Below, piece by piece: positions 48,683 to 57,474 of a DNA stretch of 64,000 nt. The DNA is taken from the NCBI GenBank assembly GCA_041584475.1, contig JBFHDX010000007.1, positions 248-64,247 of the forward strand, in the 5' to 3' direction. Origin of the DNA: Alphaproteobacteria bacterium. GTDB lineage: Bacteria > Pseudomonadota > Alphaproteobacteria > UBA8366 > JADFVY01. A model generated the notes under the pieces. It was given only the letters and a program-made list of their open reading frames with translations. It had not been told where the DNA came from and ran no database searches. Every line of letters starts with the position of its first letter. Within the stretch, counting starts at the first letter, position 1. The position numbers were made by a program, and so were the translations under genes.

Positions 48683-49285
48683 TCAGTCGCCGGCCGGTTC
48701 GTCGAACTTCACGGGATCGCGCGATTCCGACTGCATTTCCATGGGAATGGCCGCGCCCCGGCGCCCCGACCGGCGGGCCTTCTCGACCGCCTCGGTCAGC
48801 TCCATGTGCGAGCAGAGCCCCAGTTCGACCGGGCTGCGCGGCCGCAGATTGGCGATGTTCCAGTGCGACCGGTCCCGAACCGAATTGATCGTCGGCTTGG
48901 TGGTCCCGATCAGCCGACCGATCTGGGCATCGCTCAGCTCCGGGTGATGGCGCAGCAGCCAGGCGATCGCGTCGGGCTTTTCCTGTCGTTTGGACACCGG
49001 CGTGTAGCGGGGCCCCTTCGGGCGTGCCACCGGCGCCGGCATGTCGCTCACCGCAAGCTGCAGGCGATAGTCCGGATCGGCCTCGGCGCGCGCGATCTCC
49101 TCCTTGGTCAGCTGCCCGTTGGCGACCGGATCCATGCCGGTCATGCCGCCCATCACCTCGCCGTCGGCAATGGCCTGGACCTCCAACCTGTGCAGTCCGC
49201 AGAACTCGGCAATCTGATCGAAGGAAAGCGTGGTGTTATCGACCAGCCATATGGCGGTCGCCTTCGGCATGAGCGGTTTGGGCAT
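48683..49285 (-). CDS. trcR: DUF1013 family protein (TrcR-type cell-cycle transcriptional regulator)
   Basis: The start at MPKPLMPKATAIWLVDNTTLSFDQIAEFCGLHRLEVQAIADGEV (49285) follows GGAGAG. The longer 268-aa ORF is an over-extension. Confidence 0.75.
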   Translation of the reverse strand: MPKPLMPKATAIWLVDNTTLSFDQIAEFCGLHRLEVQAIADGEVMGGMTGMDPVANGQLTKEEIARAEADPDYRLQLAVSDMPAPVARPKGPRYTPVSKRQEKPDAIAWLLRHHPELSDAQIGRLIGTTKPTINSVRDRSHWNIANLRPRSPVELGLCSHMELTEAVEKARRSGRRGAAIPMEMQSESRDPVKFDEPAGD

Positions 49286-49520
49286 CGTCTCTCCAAGGAT
49301 TTTCTGGGCCGGACCGGCAGCGGCCGGGGCGACCCGTTCTTCGTCGTGCTGTGGCCTTATATAACGCCGGGGGTCGGCGGTGCAATCGCGCTCGACGCCG
49401 GCGGGCGGCGTCGGCTCGCGCGCCGCTCGCAACCATCGGCCCGCCGACGCGGCCGGTGCGCACTTGCGGCTTCCGCCCGATGCCGCCACTATTCCGGTCT
49501 GTTGCCGTCATGGCGGGGGT

Positions 49521-49712
49521 ATGGGACGAATGGAAGACGAGGACCGGGAGCCGCGCAAACAGAAACCGGTCGTTAAGAATCTCGATATACTGTCGATAGA
49601 GGCGCTTGAGGAATATATCGTCGAACTTCAGGCGGAAATCGAACGGGTACGCGCGGAAATAACAAAGAAACAGGGTGCCCGGTCGGCGGCCGAGTCGGTG
49701 TTTCGCAAGTAA
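49521..49712 (+). CDS. DUF1192 family protein
   Basis: 63 aa: MGRMEDEDREPRKQKPVVKNLDILSIEALEEYIVELQAEIERVRAEI. It is divergent from trcR, which I recall as a conserved arrangement. Confidence 0.7.
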   Translation: MGRMEDEDREPRKQKPVVKNLDILSIEALEEYIVELQAEIERVRAEITKKQGARSAAESVFRK

Positions 49713-49859
49713 TCGACCCGGCCAGAGCCATCGGGGTTTTGTCAAAAGTTCATTATTTCAGTGCTTTATCGACCATTCCGTGCAAAAACACCGGGGTCGG
49801 CGGTTTTTTTGAGGAATTTTTTCCCCGCGTTAACCATTTGTTAGTTGGCAGGGATGCAT

Positions 49860-49965
49860 AAAGGGGGTGCCCTATGAGGCCCCTAGTTAGCATACTCTGG
49901 GTATTCGATCCCCCGTTTATGCCTCCCTGTCCAACTTGAGCCGCTGATGCGGCTCATTTTTTTTT
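49860..49965 (+). ncRNA. candidate ~100-nt trans-acting sRNA ending at a strong intrinsic terminator (5' end not determined)
   Basis: No plausible ORF is present. It contains a C-rich single-strand-type motif, TGCCTCCCTGTCC. The terminator is at 49938-49965. A TTAA-N7-TTAG box lies at 49830-49844, just upstream. Confidence 0.35.
49938..49965 (+). terminator. rho-independent terminator
   Basis: GAGCCGC-TGAT-GCGGCTC, then A, then T9. Confidence 0.85.
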
Positions 49966-50127
49966 GACGATTGTCACATTCGGCGCTACCTTATCGTCCG
50001 TGGGCAAGTTGGACAGGTAGGCAGACCAGCAGTGCCCGGCAAGGCCGGTTTCCAGCCGTTTTTGCGGCAGCCGTTCGTGCCATGCGGGATGAGATCCGTG
50101 TCTGCTGGAACTGCTCAACAATCAATA

Positions 50128-50152
50128 GGGGCCGTCTCTACCGGGACGGCCC
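50128..50152 (+). terminator. 9-bp GC hairpin with weak U-tract (possible terminator of a second short transcript or leader)
   Basis: GGGGCCGTC-tctaccg-GACGGCCCC followed by AATATTT. Confidence 0.4.
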
Positions 50153-50222
50153 CAATATTTCGACCGCTGCCGGCCCCCGCGCTGCGCCCGATGGCGTTCG
50201 CACGATCGCGGTGCTGCCGAAA

Positions 50223-50678
50223 ATGACCGACGACAACGAGCTGAAACGCAGCGATTTCCCGCATTTCCGCGCGATACCGACGCGCTGGATGGACAACGAC
50301 GTCTACGGGCACGTCAACAACGTCGTCTACTATTCCTACTTCGATACCGTGGTGAACGCCCACCTGGTCGAAGCCGGCGGGCTGGATATTCATGCGGATG
50401 CGGCGTTCGGCGTGGTGGCCGAGACGCAGTGCCGCTTCCTGCGCGAGCTGGCTTTTCCGGATATCGTCGACGCCGGCCTGCGGGTCGTGCGGTTGGGTCG
50501 CTCGAGCGTCGCCTACGAGATCGGACTGTTCCGGCGCGGAGACGAGGCGCCGGCGGCGCTCGGCCGGTTCGTGCACGTCTATGTCGACCGCGCTTCGCGG
50601 CGCCCGGTGCCGGTGCCGGACAAGATCCGCGCCGCGCTCGAACCGCTCGTGGTCGCCGCTTCCGCGCCGGCGCGATAG
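50223..50678 (+). CDS. acyl-CoA thioesterase (4HBT/YbgC-like hotdog fold)
   Basis: This is ORF 49971..50678. The real start is at MTDDNELKRSDFPHFRAIPTRWMDNDVYGHVNNVVYYSYFD (50223). Confidence 0.8.
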   Translation: MTDDNELKRSDFPHFRAIPTRWMDNDVYGHVNNVVYYSYFDTVVNAHLVEAGGLDIHADAAFGVVAETQCRFLRELAFPDIVDAGLRVVRLGRSSVAYEIGLFRRGDEAPAALGRFVHVYVDRASRRPVPVPDKIRAALEPLVVAASAPAR

Positions 50679-50690
50679 CGCCCGCGCGAA

Positions 50691-50715
50691 GGGCGCGCCG
50701 GGGATCGGCGCGCCC
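50691..50715. terminator. GC hairpin between convergent thioesterase and hsp20 genes (possible bidirectional terminator)
   Basis: A 9-bp stem, GGGCGCGCC / GGCGCGCCC, with no clear U-tract. Confidence 0.4.
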
Positions 50716-50743
50716 TCCCTTGGTTACAGGCTGCAAACGGCCG

Positions 50744-51211
50744 TCAGGCCGCTTTCTTGCCGGTCAGCGACTTCTTGCCGGACGGCCCCGAGATCGTGAT
50801 CGTCCGCGGCTTCATCGCCTCGGGCACGTTGCGGACCAGGTCGACGTTGAGAAGACCGTTGTCGAGATGTCCGCCGCTCACCTCGATGTAGTCGGCCAGG
50901 CTGAAGCGCAGCTCGAAGGCGCGCCGCGCGATGCCGCGATGCAGGTAGCTGACCTCCTCCTTCTCGCTGTCGTTCGCCGCCACGCTGCGGATGGTCAACT
51001 GGCCGTCCTGGGTCTTGACCTCCAGCTCGTCCGCGTCGAAGCCGGCCACGGCAACCGAGATCCGGTATGCGTCGTCAGCGAGCTTGACGATGTTGTACGG
51101 CGGATAGCTGGGCGCCTCGCCGGTCGCGCTCATGCTGTCGAGCAGGCGCAGCATCCGGTCGAAGCCGACCGTCGAACGGGTGAAGGGGGAGAAATCGAAA
51201 GCGGTACGCAT
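50744..51211 (-). CDS. Hsp20/alpha-crystallin small heat-shock protein
   Basis: MRTAFDFSPFTRSTVGFDRM...PPYNIVKLADDAYRISVAVAGF...GLLNVDL. I prefer the ATG at 51211, 7-8 nt after AAGGAGGA, over the GTG at 51217. Confidence 0.9.
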   Translation of the reverse strand: MRTAFDFSPFTRSTVGFDRMLRLLDSMSATGEAPSYPPYNIVKLADDAYRISVAVAGFDADELEVKTQDGQLTIRSVAANDSEKEEVSYLHRGIARRAFELRFSLADYIEVSGGHLDNGLLNVDLVRNVPEAMKPRTITISGPSGKKSLTGKKAA

Positions 51212-51325
51212 AGCCACATCCTCCTTTGATCAAGCGATATGGTCGTCTTGGCCCACCAAATCGGTCGAGCCTGACGGGAACGTTCCCGTTCCCCGGGGCC
51301 CCGACCCTCGTACGGCGTCGGGACG
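51212..51325 (-). promoter_or_regulatory. ROSE-like RNA thermometer leader of hsp20
   Basis: The minus-strand leader contains several hairpins (CCCGAC/GTCGGG and the 16-nt palindrome ACGGGAACGTTCCCGT). In the final hairpin, CCAUAUC pairs with GAUGUGG, and UCGCU(U) lies opposite the AGGAG Shine-Dalgarno. UYGCU is the ROSE hallmark. Confidence 0.45.
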
Positions 51326-51331
51326 ATTTCG

Positions 51332-51359
51332 ATGTAGGAAAGGGCTTTTTCGATTCAAG
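51332..51359 (-). promoter_or_regulatory. candidate RpoH (sigma-32) promoter
   Basis: The minus strand reads CTTGAA-N16-CTACAT (equivalently CTTG-N17-CCTACAT). The alphaproteobacterial RpoH consensus is CTTG-N17-CYTATNT. Confidence 0.5.
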
Positions 51360-51458
51360 GGGGTGGTTGGTTAACGGCGCGGAAATTTGCGGCATCGGGA
51401 AAAATCATCTATATTAAATACTTAGCGATGGTCGATTGCGCCGTCGCGGCGTCAGGAG

Positions 51459-51908
51459 GTGGCGATGGACGATCGAACCGGGAAGGACGATGCGGAAACG
51501 GTCCGTGCGCCGCTTTTCTTTCGCGGCACCTACGACGAAGCCTTCGACCTGCTCGTCGAGGCGCGCAATTACGTCGAGTTCGCGGTACCCGCCCTGCGCA
51601 TCAGCGACGAACCGACGGACCAGCTGACGCTGACGCAGGAGACCATGCGGCTGACCAGCCGCCTGACGCAGGTCATGGCGTGGCTGCTCGCCCAGCGCGC
51701 GGTGCAGGAAGGCGAGATCGCGGAAGAGGATTTCGGGGAGGACCGCTATCGCCTCGAGGGACAGGCGGTGTGTCTCAGGCGCGTCATCGACGACATGGAC
51801 GACCTGCCCGACGGGCTGCAGGACCTGATGGAACGCAGCTATCGGCTTTACAGCCGCATCCAGCGACTGGACGACGCGTTCGTCAACTCCCGCAAGACCG
51901 AAATCTGA
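51459..51908 (+). CDS. rcdA: DUF1465 family protein (RcdA-type regulator of CtrA degradation)
   Basis: 149 aa: FFRGTYDEAFDLLVEARNYV...LTQETMRLTSRLTQVMAWLLAQRAVQEGEI. Confidence 0.7.
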   Translation: MAMDDRTGKDDAETVRAPLFFRGTYDEAFDLLVEARNYVEFAVPALRISDEPTDQLTLTQETMRLTSRLTQVMAWLLAQRAVQEGEIAEEDFGEDRYRLEGQAVCLRRVIDDMDDLPDGLQDLMERSYRLYSRIQRLDDAFVNSRKTEI

Positions 51909-51921
51909 CCGCCGGCCAGGC

Positions 51922-52146
51922 CTATTTCTTGAGGCCGAATTTCTCGAATCGCTTCTGGAACTTCGCCACCTGGCCACCGCTGTCGACGAGGCGGTGCACG
52001 CCGGTCCATGCCGGATGCGATTTCGGATCGATGTCCAGCTTCATCACGTCGCCCGCCTTGCCCCAGGTCGAGCGCGTCTTGTAGGTGCTGCCGTCGGTCA
52101 TCTCGACGGTGATCTCGTGATAATCCGGATGGATTCCGTCCTTCAT
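51922..52146 (-). CDS. rpmE: 50S ribosomal protein L31
   Basis: This is the last 74 codons of the artefactual 740-aa ORF: [49 protein letters not shown]. Confidence 0.95.
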   Translation of the reverse strand: MKDGIHPDYHEITVEMTDGSTYKTRSTWGKAGDVMKLDIDPKSHPAWTGVHRLVDSGGQVAKFQKRFEKFGLKK

Positions 52147-52407
52147 CGCTCGTCCCCAAATGTCCCGTCCACCGCCCTCCGGCCCTGAGCAGGGGCGGGG
52201 CACCGTCATATCGCCGCACATCATGCGGCAGTTCCAGCGCCGGGCGCCGCCCGTCGCAACCGGAACCCGGCGGCGGGCATCGGTGCTGCCCGGCGCGGCT
52301 CTATACAGGAAGCCTCGCGCGATTGCAAGGCCGGGCGAGCGGCCGCCTGCCCCCTTGCCTTGCGCGCGGGCTTGTGCAATCTGGCCGCACACAAAGGTCG
52401 GGTAACG

Positions 52408-54249
52408 ATGACCCTGCGCCACCCCACATATGTCGACGCGCGGCTCAAGGAAGAGCGGGAAGCCACGCGCGACCTGCGGACGCTCGTCGCATTGCTGCGG
52501 TTCGTCCGCCCCTACTGGCCGGCGGCTGTCGGCGCGGGCGTCGCGCTCGTCGTCGCCGCGGCGACGGTGCTGGCGCTCGGACAGGGTCTGCGGGCCCTCG
52601 TCGACAAGGGGTTCCGCAGCGGCGACGTGGCGCTGCTCGACACCGCGTTGCTCGTCCTGCTGATCGTCATCGTCGTCCTCGCCGTCGCGACCTACAGCCG
52701 CTTCTACCTCGTGTCGTGGATCGGCGAGCGCGTCGTCACCGATCTGCGGCGCGCCGTCTTCGACCATGTCGTCGGGCTGAGTCCCGGCTTTTTCGAGGTC
52801 ACCCGGACCGGCGAGATCCTCTCCAGACTGACGACCGACACGACGCTTCTGCAGGTCGTGATCGGATCCTCGGCCTCGGTGGCGCTGCGGAATTTCCTGC
52901 TTTTCTGCGGCGCGACCGCAATGCTCGCGATCACAAGCCCGAAGCTGACCGGTTTGGTGTTTCTCTTCGTGCCGCTCGTCGTCGCGCCCATCGTGATCTT
53001 CGGTCGCCGCGTGCGTCGCCTCAGCCGCGAAGCGCAGGATCGCGTGGCCGACCTGTCCGCCCATGGCGACGAAGCCCTGCACGCCGTGCGCATCATGCAG
53101 GCCTACACCCACGAGGACCTGGACCGACGTCGATTTGGATCGCTGGCGGAGACGGCGTTCGCCACCGCCGTGCGCCGGGTGCGGATGCGGGCGCTGCTCA
53201 CCGCGGTCGTGATCATGCTCGTTTTCGGGGCGGTCGGGACGATCCTGTGGATCGGCGGCCACGACGTCATCGCCGGGCGGATCACGGCCGGCGACCTGTC
53301 GGCCTTCGTCTTCTACGCGGTCGTCGTCGCCGGCTCGGTCGGCGCGATCTCCGAGGTGATCGGCGACGTGCAGCGCGCGGCAGGCGCGGCGGAGCGCCTG
53401 CTCGATCTGCTCGCGACCGCGCCGGAGATCTCGGCCCCCGAAAATCCGCGGCCGCTGCCGGAGCCGCCGCGCGGCGAGGTCCGGTTCGAGGCCGTCCGCT
53501 TCCACTACCCCGCGCGTCCCGAACTGCCGGCGCTCGACGGCCTCGATCTCACCGTCGCGCCGGGCGAGACGGTCGCGCTGGTCGGCCCGTCCGGCGCCGG
53601 CAAGACCACGGTGCTGCAGCTCGTGCTGCGCTTCTACGACCCGGACGGCGGGACGGTGCGCGTCGACGGCATCGACGTGCGCGACACCGACCCGGCGGCG
53701 CTGCGCCGACGATTCGCGCTCGTCCCCCAGGAACCGGTGATCTTCGCCGCCAACGCCTGGGACAACATCCGCTACGGCCGACCCGGTGCGAGCGACGAGG
53801 AGGTGCGCGCGGCGGCGCTGGCCGCGGCGGCCGGCGAATTCCTCGACCGCTTGCCGGACGGCTTCGACAGCCATCTTGGCGAGCGCGGCGTGCGGCTGTC
53901 GGGTGGCCAGCGCCAACGCATCGCGATCGCCCGCGCCATCCTGCGCGACCCGGCGATTCTGCTGCTCGACGAGGCCACCAGCGCCCTCGACGCGGAGTCG
54001 GAGCGTCTCGTGCAGGTCGCGCTCGACACGCTGATGCGCGGCCGCACGACGATCGTCATCGCGCACCGGCTGGCGACGGTCCTCAAGGCGGACCGTATCG
54101 CCGTGATGGATCATGGCCGCATCGTCGACCAGGGGACGCATCACCAGCTCGTCGAGGCCGGCGGGCTCTATGCGCGGCTCGCCAAGCTCCAGTTCGACCA
54201 GGGCCGGGCGCTCGGATCGCGGCCGGACGACGCGGCGGTCGCGGAATAG
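52408..54249 (+). CDS. ABC transporter, fused permease/ATPase (MsbA/Atm1-like exporter)
   Basis: This is ORF 52360..54249, with the ATG at 52408 preferred. It has a 6-TM domain, then Walker A (GPSGAGKTT), the signature LSGGQRQR and Walker B ([12 protein letters not shown]). Confidence 0.9.
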   Translation: MTLRHPTYVDARLKEEREATRDLRTLVALLRFVRPYWPAAVGAGVALVVAAATVLALGQGLRALVDKGFRSGDVALLDTALLVLLIVIVVLAVATYSRFYLVSWIGERVVTDLRRAVFDHVVGLSPGFFEVTRTGEILSRLTTDTTLLQVVIGSSASVALRNFLLFCGATAMLAITSPKLTGLVFLFVPLVVAPIVIFGRRVRRLSREAQDRVADLSAHGDEALHAVRIMQAYTHEDLDRRRFGSLAETAFATAVRRVRMRALLTAVVIMLVFGAVGTILWIGGHDVIAGRITAGDLSAFVFYAVVVAGSVGAISEVIGDVQRAAGAAERLLDLLATAPEISAPENPRPLPEPPRGEVRFEAVRFHYPARPELPALDGLDLTVAPGETVALVGPSGAGKTTVLQLVLRFYDPDGGTVRVDGIDVRDTDPAALRRRFALVPQEPVIFAANAWDNIRYGRPGASDEEVRAAALAAAAGEFLDRLPDGFDSHLGERGVRLSGGQRQRIAIARAILRDPAILLLDEATSALDAESERLVQVALDTLMRGRTTIVIAHRLATVLKADRIAVMDHGRIVDQGTHHQLVEAGGLYARLAKLQFDQGRALGSRPDDAAVAE

Positions 54250-54288
54250 CCTCGCGGGCCCGTCGGCCGCACCCGACCCGCACGCATG

Positions 54289-55671
54289 TCAGCAGCGTGG
54301 CCGGAGGATAACCCTGAGCCCGTGGCGTGGTCGCAGGGTGATCGCCGGCTCCGGCGTCACCGTCTGCCCGGCGACCGGTACCACGCGGTAGCGGCCGGCG
54401 ATCATGGCGAGGATCAGCTGCCCTTCCATCATGCCGAAGCGCTTGCCGAGGCAGTTGCGCGGGCCGCCGCCGAACGGGATGTAGGCGTAACGCGACCGTT
54501 GGGCGACGGCCTGCGGCGAGAACCGCTCGGGGTCGAAGCGTTCGCTGTCGGGCCAGAATTCCGGGTGACGGTGCAGCACGTAGGGCGAAATCATCACGGT
54601 GGTGCCGGCCGGGACGTCGGTGTCGCCGATCCGGTCGTCGGCGATCGCGGCGCGCGAAATCGTCCATACCGGCGGGTAAAGACGCATCGCCTCTTCGAAG
54701 ACCATGCCGGTATAGCGCAGTTTCGGGAGGTCGGCGAAGGTCGGCGGGCGAAAGCGGAGGACCTCGTCGATCTCGGCGTGCAGCCGTGCCTCGATATCGG
54801 GGTGCTGCGCCAGCAGGTGCCAGGTCCAGGCCAGCGCCACGGCGGTCGTCTCGTGACCGGCGACGAGGAACGACAGCAACTGGTCGCGCAGCAGTTCGCG
54901 GCCGCTCCGTGTCGACGGGTCACAAGCGTCGATCAGCATGTCGAACAGGTCGGCCGATGCCCGGGGCCGCGCGACACGCTCGTCGATCAGGCCATAGATG
55001 ACGCGGTCGATCTCCTCGACCGCGTCGCGGTAGCGCCGGTTGATACGCTTCAGCAGGCCGTGCGACAGCAGCCCGCCGGTCCAGACCGACTGTTCGGCGT
55101 GGCGGAACACCAGCGTCACCGCGTCGTGGAAGGCGTCGTAGCGACGTTCCTCCATGTGCAGGCCGAGCAACGCGCTGGCGACGCCCTCGAACGTGACCCG
55201 CATCATCTCGCGCGCGACGTCGAAATCGCCGTTGGCGTCGTCCGCCGACGGCCAGTGCTGCATCCGCCGCTCGGTCGCCGCGACGATCTGCCGGGCCATC
55301 TCGTCGAACCTGTGGCCCGAGAAGGCCGGCGTCGCCGATCGCCGCTGACGCACCCACTCGTCGCCCTCGCTGACGAAAATTCCGCGGCCGAGCAGCGGCT
55401 TGAGAGGCTCGTAGAACTTGCTCTTCCGGTAGTTCGTGTGGTTGTCCTGCAGGACGTGCTTGATGTCTTCAGGGCGCGCCAGCATGACGATCGTATCGAG
55501 ACCGACCCGAAACCAGACGACGTCGCCATACTTTCGCCGTGCCTTGACGAAATAGCCGAGGGGGTCCGAGCGCACGGCGCGCGCGACCCCGAAGATCGGC
55601 ACGCCGCGCGGACCCGGTCTCGCAACCCGCGTGTCGCGCCGACGCGTTTTCGCCTTGACCGGCGCTACCAT
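54289..55671 (-). CDS. cytochrome P450 (E-class, CYP4/CYP102-like features)
   Basis: 460 aa with the PGP hinge (RPGPRGVPIFG), the I-helix AGHETT, ExxR (EEAMR) and the haem loop FGGGPRNCLGKRFG. Confidence 0.9.
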   Translation of the reverse strand: MVAPVKAKTRRRDTRVARPGPRGVPIFGVARAVRSDPLGYFVKARRKYGDVVWFRVGLDTIVMLARPEDIKHVLQDNHTNYRKSKFYEPLKPLLGRGIFVSEGDEWVRQRRSATPAFSGHRFDEMARQIVAATERRMQHWPSADDANGDFDVAREMMRVTFEGVASALLGLHMEERRYDAFHDAVTLVFRHAEQSVWTGGLLSHGLLKRINRRYRDAVEEIDRVIYGLIDERVARPRASADLFDMLIDACDPSTRSGRELLRDQLLSFLVAGHETTAVALAWTWHLLAQHPDIEARLHAEIDEVLRFRPPTFADLPKLRYTGMVFEEAMRLYPPVWTISRAAIADDRIGDTDVPAGTTVMISPYVLHRHPEFWPDSERFDPERFSPQAVAQRSRYAYIPFGGGPRNCLGKRFGMMEGQLILAMIAGRYRVVPVAGQTVTPEPAITLRPRHGLRVILRPRC

Positions 55672-55916
55672 CCTCCGGACCCGCGGTCGTTCCCGCTCGA
55701 ACGCGATGATTTCTCGGCCCGACGCGCCGGATCGAACGGGATCACCATGCAGTCGCTGCGTTTCCCCTCGTAGACCTTCATCGCCTCGGCGGCGACGCCG
55801 ATGAAGTGGGCCGGAAAAAGCCAGCCATGGGCGACCGCCTCGTCATACAGATATCGGAGGGCCTGGCGAAACGCCTCCGGGGTGCATTCGGTGAACGCCC
55901 CGTCGTCTTGCTCCAT
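55665..55916 (-). CDS. small hypothetical protein between luxI and the P450 gene
   Basis: 83 aa. Third-position GC is high and consistent with coding. Its stop overlaps the P450 start by 7 nt. I recognise no family. Confidence 0.5.
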   Translation of the reverse strand: MEQDDGAFTECTPEAFRQALRYLYDEAVAHGWLFPAHFIGVAAEAMKVYEGKRSDCMVIPFDPARRAEKSSRSSGNDRGSGGW

Positions 55917-55973
55917 GATTTCGTTCCTTGCTGTACGGTCCTCGTTTCGGATTTCCCTCGCCGTCGCGGTTTG

Positions 55974-56612
55974 CTACGCAGCCTGCGTTACGAGCCACGG
56001 CGCGCTGCGGATCACCGAGCCGGTTATGCCGTTGGCGCGCCGGATCTTTTCGAGCGCCTGCTCATTGATGTAGAAGCGGCCGGCCAGGGTCACGGTCCCG
56101 TCGATCAGGTGCCGCCGACTCTGCCATTGCGGGTGGCAGCCGATGCGCGGCAGCAGCCGCGCGATACGGCCGTCGTAGACTGTAACCACCTCGCGCAGGC
56201 CCAGCGCGAGACCGAACTCCACGACGGCACAGAAGATCTCCGCGGTCACCTTGCCCGGCGTTCCGAGGCCGTTCCTGCGGTGCCTGCTGCAGTCGACGGC
56301 GAAACGGCTGCCCTCCCAGATTTTCGGGTTCGCCGGGGCGGGGTCGCCGTCGAGCAGCTGCGGAAAGACGTCGCGCAGCATGTAGGGCCCGACGGTCGGC
56401 AGCATGCGCCACGTGCCGACAAGCTCGCCGTTGTCGTTATTGGCCAGTAGGTAGAGCGGATTGAGATCGTCGAAGCTGTCGTGCTCCTTGTCGCCGCGCG
56501 TCGAGACGCGCCACGCGAGGCGTTCGTGGAACACCCGGTAGCGCAAGCGGAACATCGCCTCGAGCATGGCTGGATAATTGTTCAGTTCGCTCCGCGACAC
56601 GACGTCGATCAT
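55974..56612 (-). CDS. luxI: acyl-homoserine-lactone synthase (LuxI family)
   Basis: The start is at MIDVVSRSELNNYPAMLEAMFRLRYRVFHERLAWRV. It also has DSFDD, PTVGPYMLRDVFPQLL and WEGSRFAVD, which are LuxI/TraI-type motifs. The symbol is family-level only. Confidence 0.9.
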   Translation of the reverse strand: MIDVVSRSELNNYPAMLEAMFRLRYRVFHERLAWRVSTRGDKEHDSFDDLNPLYLLANNDNGELVGTWRMLPTVGPYMLRDVFPQLLDGDPAPANPKIWEGSRFAVDCSRHRRNGLGTPGKVTAEIFCAVVEFGLALGLREVVTVYDGRIARLLPRIGCHPQWQSRRHLIDGTVTLAGRFYINEQALEKIRRANGITGSVIRSAPWLVTQAA

Positions 56613-56657
56613 CTGCCCCTCCGCGCTTGACCACGCGCTGCGATTGGAGCCGCAAAT

Positions 56658-56689
56658 CGAAATCGGGGCATTCCCCCGAAATCGGGGGG
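56658..56689. promoter_or_regulatory. two direct copies of CGAAATCGGGG spaced 19 bp, upstream of luxI (candidate LuxR-type operator)
   Basis: The copies lie at 56658-56668 and 56677-56689. An inverted third copy (CCCCCGATTTCC) is at 57723-57734, upstream of luxR. Confidence 0.35.
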
Positions 56690-56739
56690 TTGCCCGCACG
56701 TCCTCTCTCTTCGTGGATGGGCCCGCTAAGTGCCGGGAA

Positions 56740-57474
56740 TCAGGGTACGATTATGCCCAGGATGATGGCTTTGACGACCGCGTGCGTCTTGCTGTAGACG
56801 CCCAGCTTGCGCGCCGCGGACTTCAGATATTCGGCGACGGTTTCCTGCGACAGCGACAGGATCTCCGAGATCTCCCAGACCGTCTTGCCGCGCGACGACC
56901 AGAGGAGGCATTCGCGCTCGCGCGGGGCAAGCAGAATGGGCTCCTCGCCGCGTGCCATCAGGACGTGATCGACCACCGACTGGTGACTGTACATGGCCGT
57001 CAGATGAATCGAATGCCGTTGTGCATCGCAGAACCGCTCGAAGTCGTGCGGCGCCATGTCGGCGACGAAATTGAATGTCGCGAGGCACTGGCCCGGGCCA
57101 TGGGCCGGCACCGTGATACCCTGGCTCAGCCCGAACTCTCCGGCTTCGTTGAAGAATTTCTCCCATTTCGGGTTCTTGCGCCGGCCGTGCCGCAGCGACG
57201 GCCACGAGAAGGGCAGCACGGTCGCCGAAGCGAGCGGCGCGATCGGGTCGATGTTGACGTATTCGTGCTCGATATAGTGGTTGACCCATTCGCTCGGATA
57301 ATTCGACAGGAAGAAACGCTTCCGCGGACCTTCCGGCGGCCGCACCACGTGGTACGTGAATTTCTCGAAGCCGAGGCCCCGCACCTGGGCTTCGATGGCC
57401 TGATAGATGTCGTCAAGGGAACGGGCCGCCCGAATCGACTCGATGAACTGATCCAGTTGTTGCATCGAAGACAT
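56740..57474 (-). CDS. luxR: LuxR-family autoinducer-binding transcriptional regulator
   Basis: The start is at MSSMQQLDQFIESIR (alternative start at 57516). It has an AHL-pocket pattern (YPSEWVNHYIEHEYVNIDPI) and a C-terminal HTH (LAPRERECLLWSSRGKTVWEISEILSLSQETVAEYLKSAARKLGV). The symbol is family-level only. Confidence 0.9.
   Translation of the reverse strand: MSSMQQLDQFIESIRAARSLDDIYQAIEAQVRGLGFEKFTYHVVRPPEGPRKRFFLSNYPSEWVNHYIEHEYVNIDPIAPLASATVLPFSWPSLRHGRRKNPKWEKFFNEAGEFGLSQGITVPAHGPGQCLATFNFVADMAPHDFERFCDAQRHSIHLTAMYSHQSVVDHVLMARGEEPILLAPRERECLLWSSRGKTVWEISEILSLSQETVAEYLKSAARKLGVYSKTHAVVKAIILGIIVP

Noticed and set aside
49899-49914. A T-loop-like GGGTATTCGATCCCCC, suggesting a tRNA, tmRNA (two-piece alphaproteobacterial ssrA) or tRNA-derived att site.
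   Set aside because: I could build no acceptor stem, D-arm or anticodon arm. There is no CCA-proximal pairing and no tag-peptide reading frame (ANDN...-type) nearby. The T-stem pairing is poor.
49971-50222. An N-terminal extension of the thioesterase ORF (a 235-aa version containing a CWNC motif).
   Set aside because: The extension crosses predicted hairpins, has atypical composition, and precedes the family-typical N-terminus (MTDDNELKRSDFPHFRAIPTRWMDNDVYGHVNN). The start at 50223 is preferred.
51922-54144. Very long ORFs that end in a real gene: 740 aa at 51922-54144, 503 aa at 24285-25796, 727 aa at 13206-15389 and 912 aa at 30726-33464.
   Set aside because: Only the terminal segments are genuine: rpmE, the COQ9-like gene, the alpha/beta hydrolase and DUF3179. 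The upstream portions overlap other well-supported genes in other frames or on the other strand and have non-protein-like composition.
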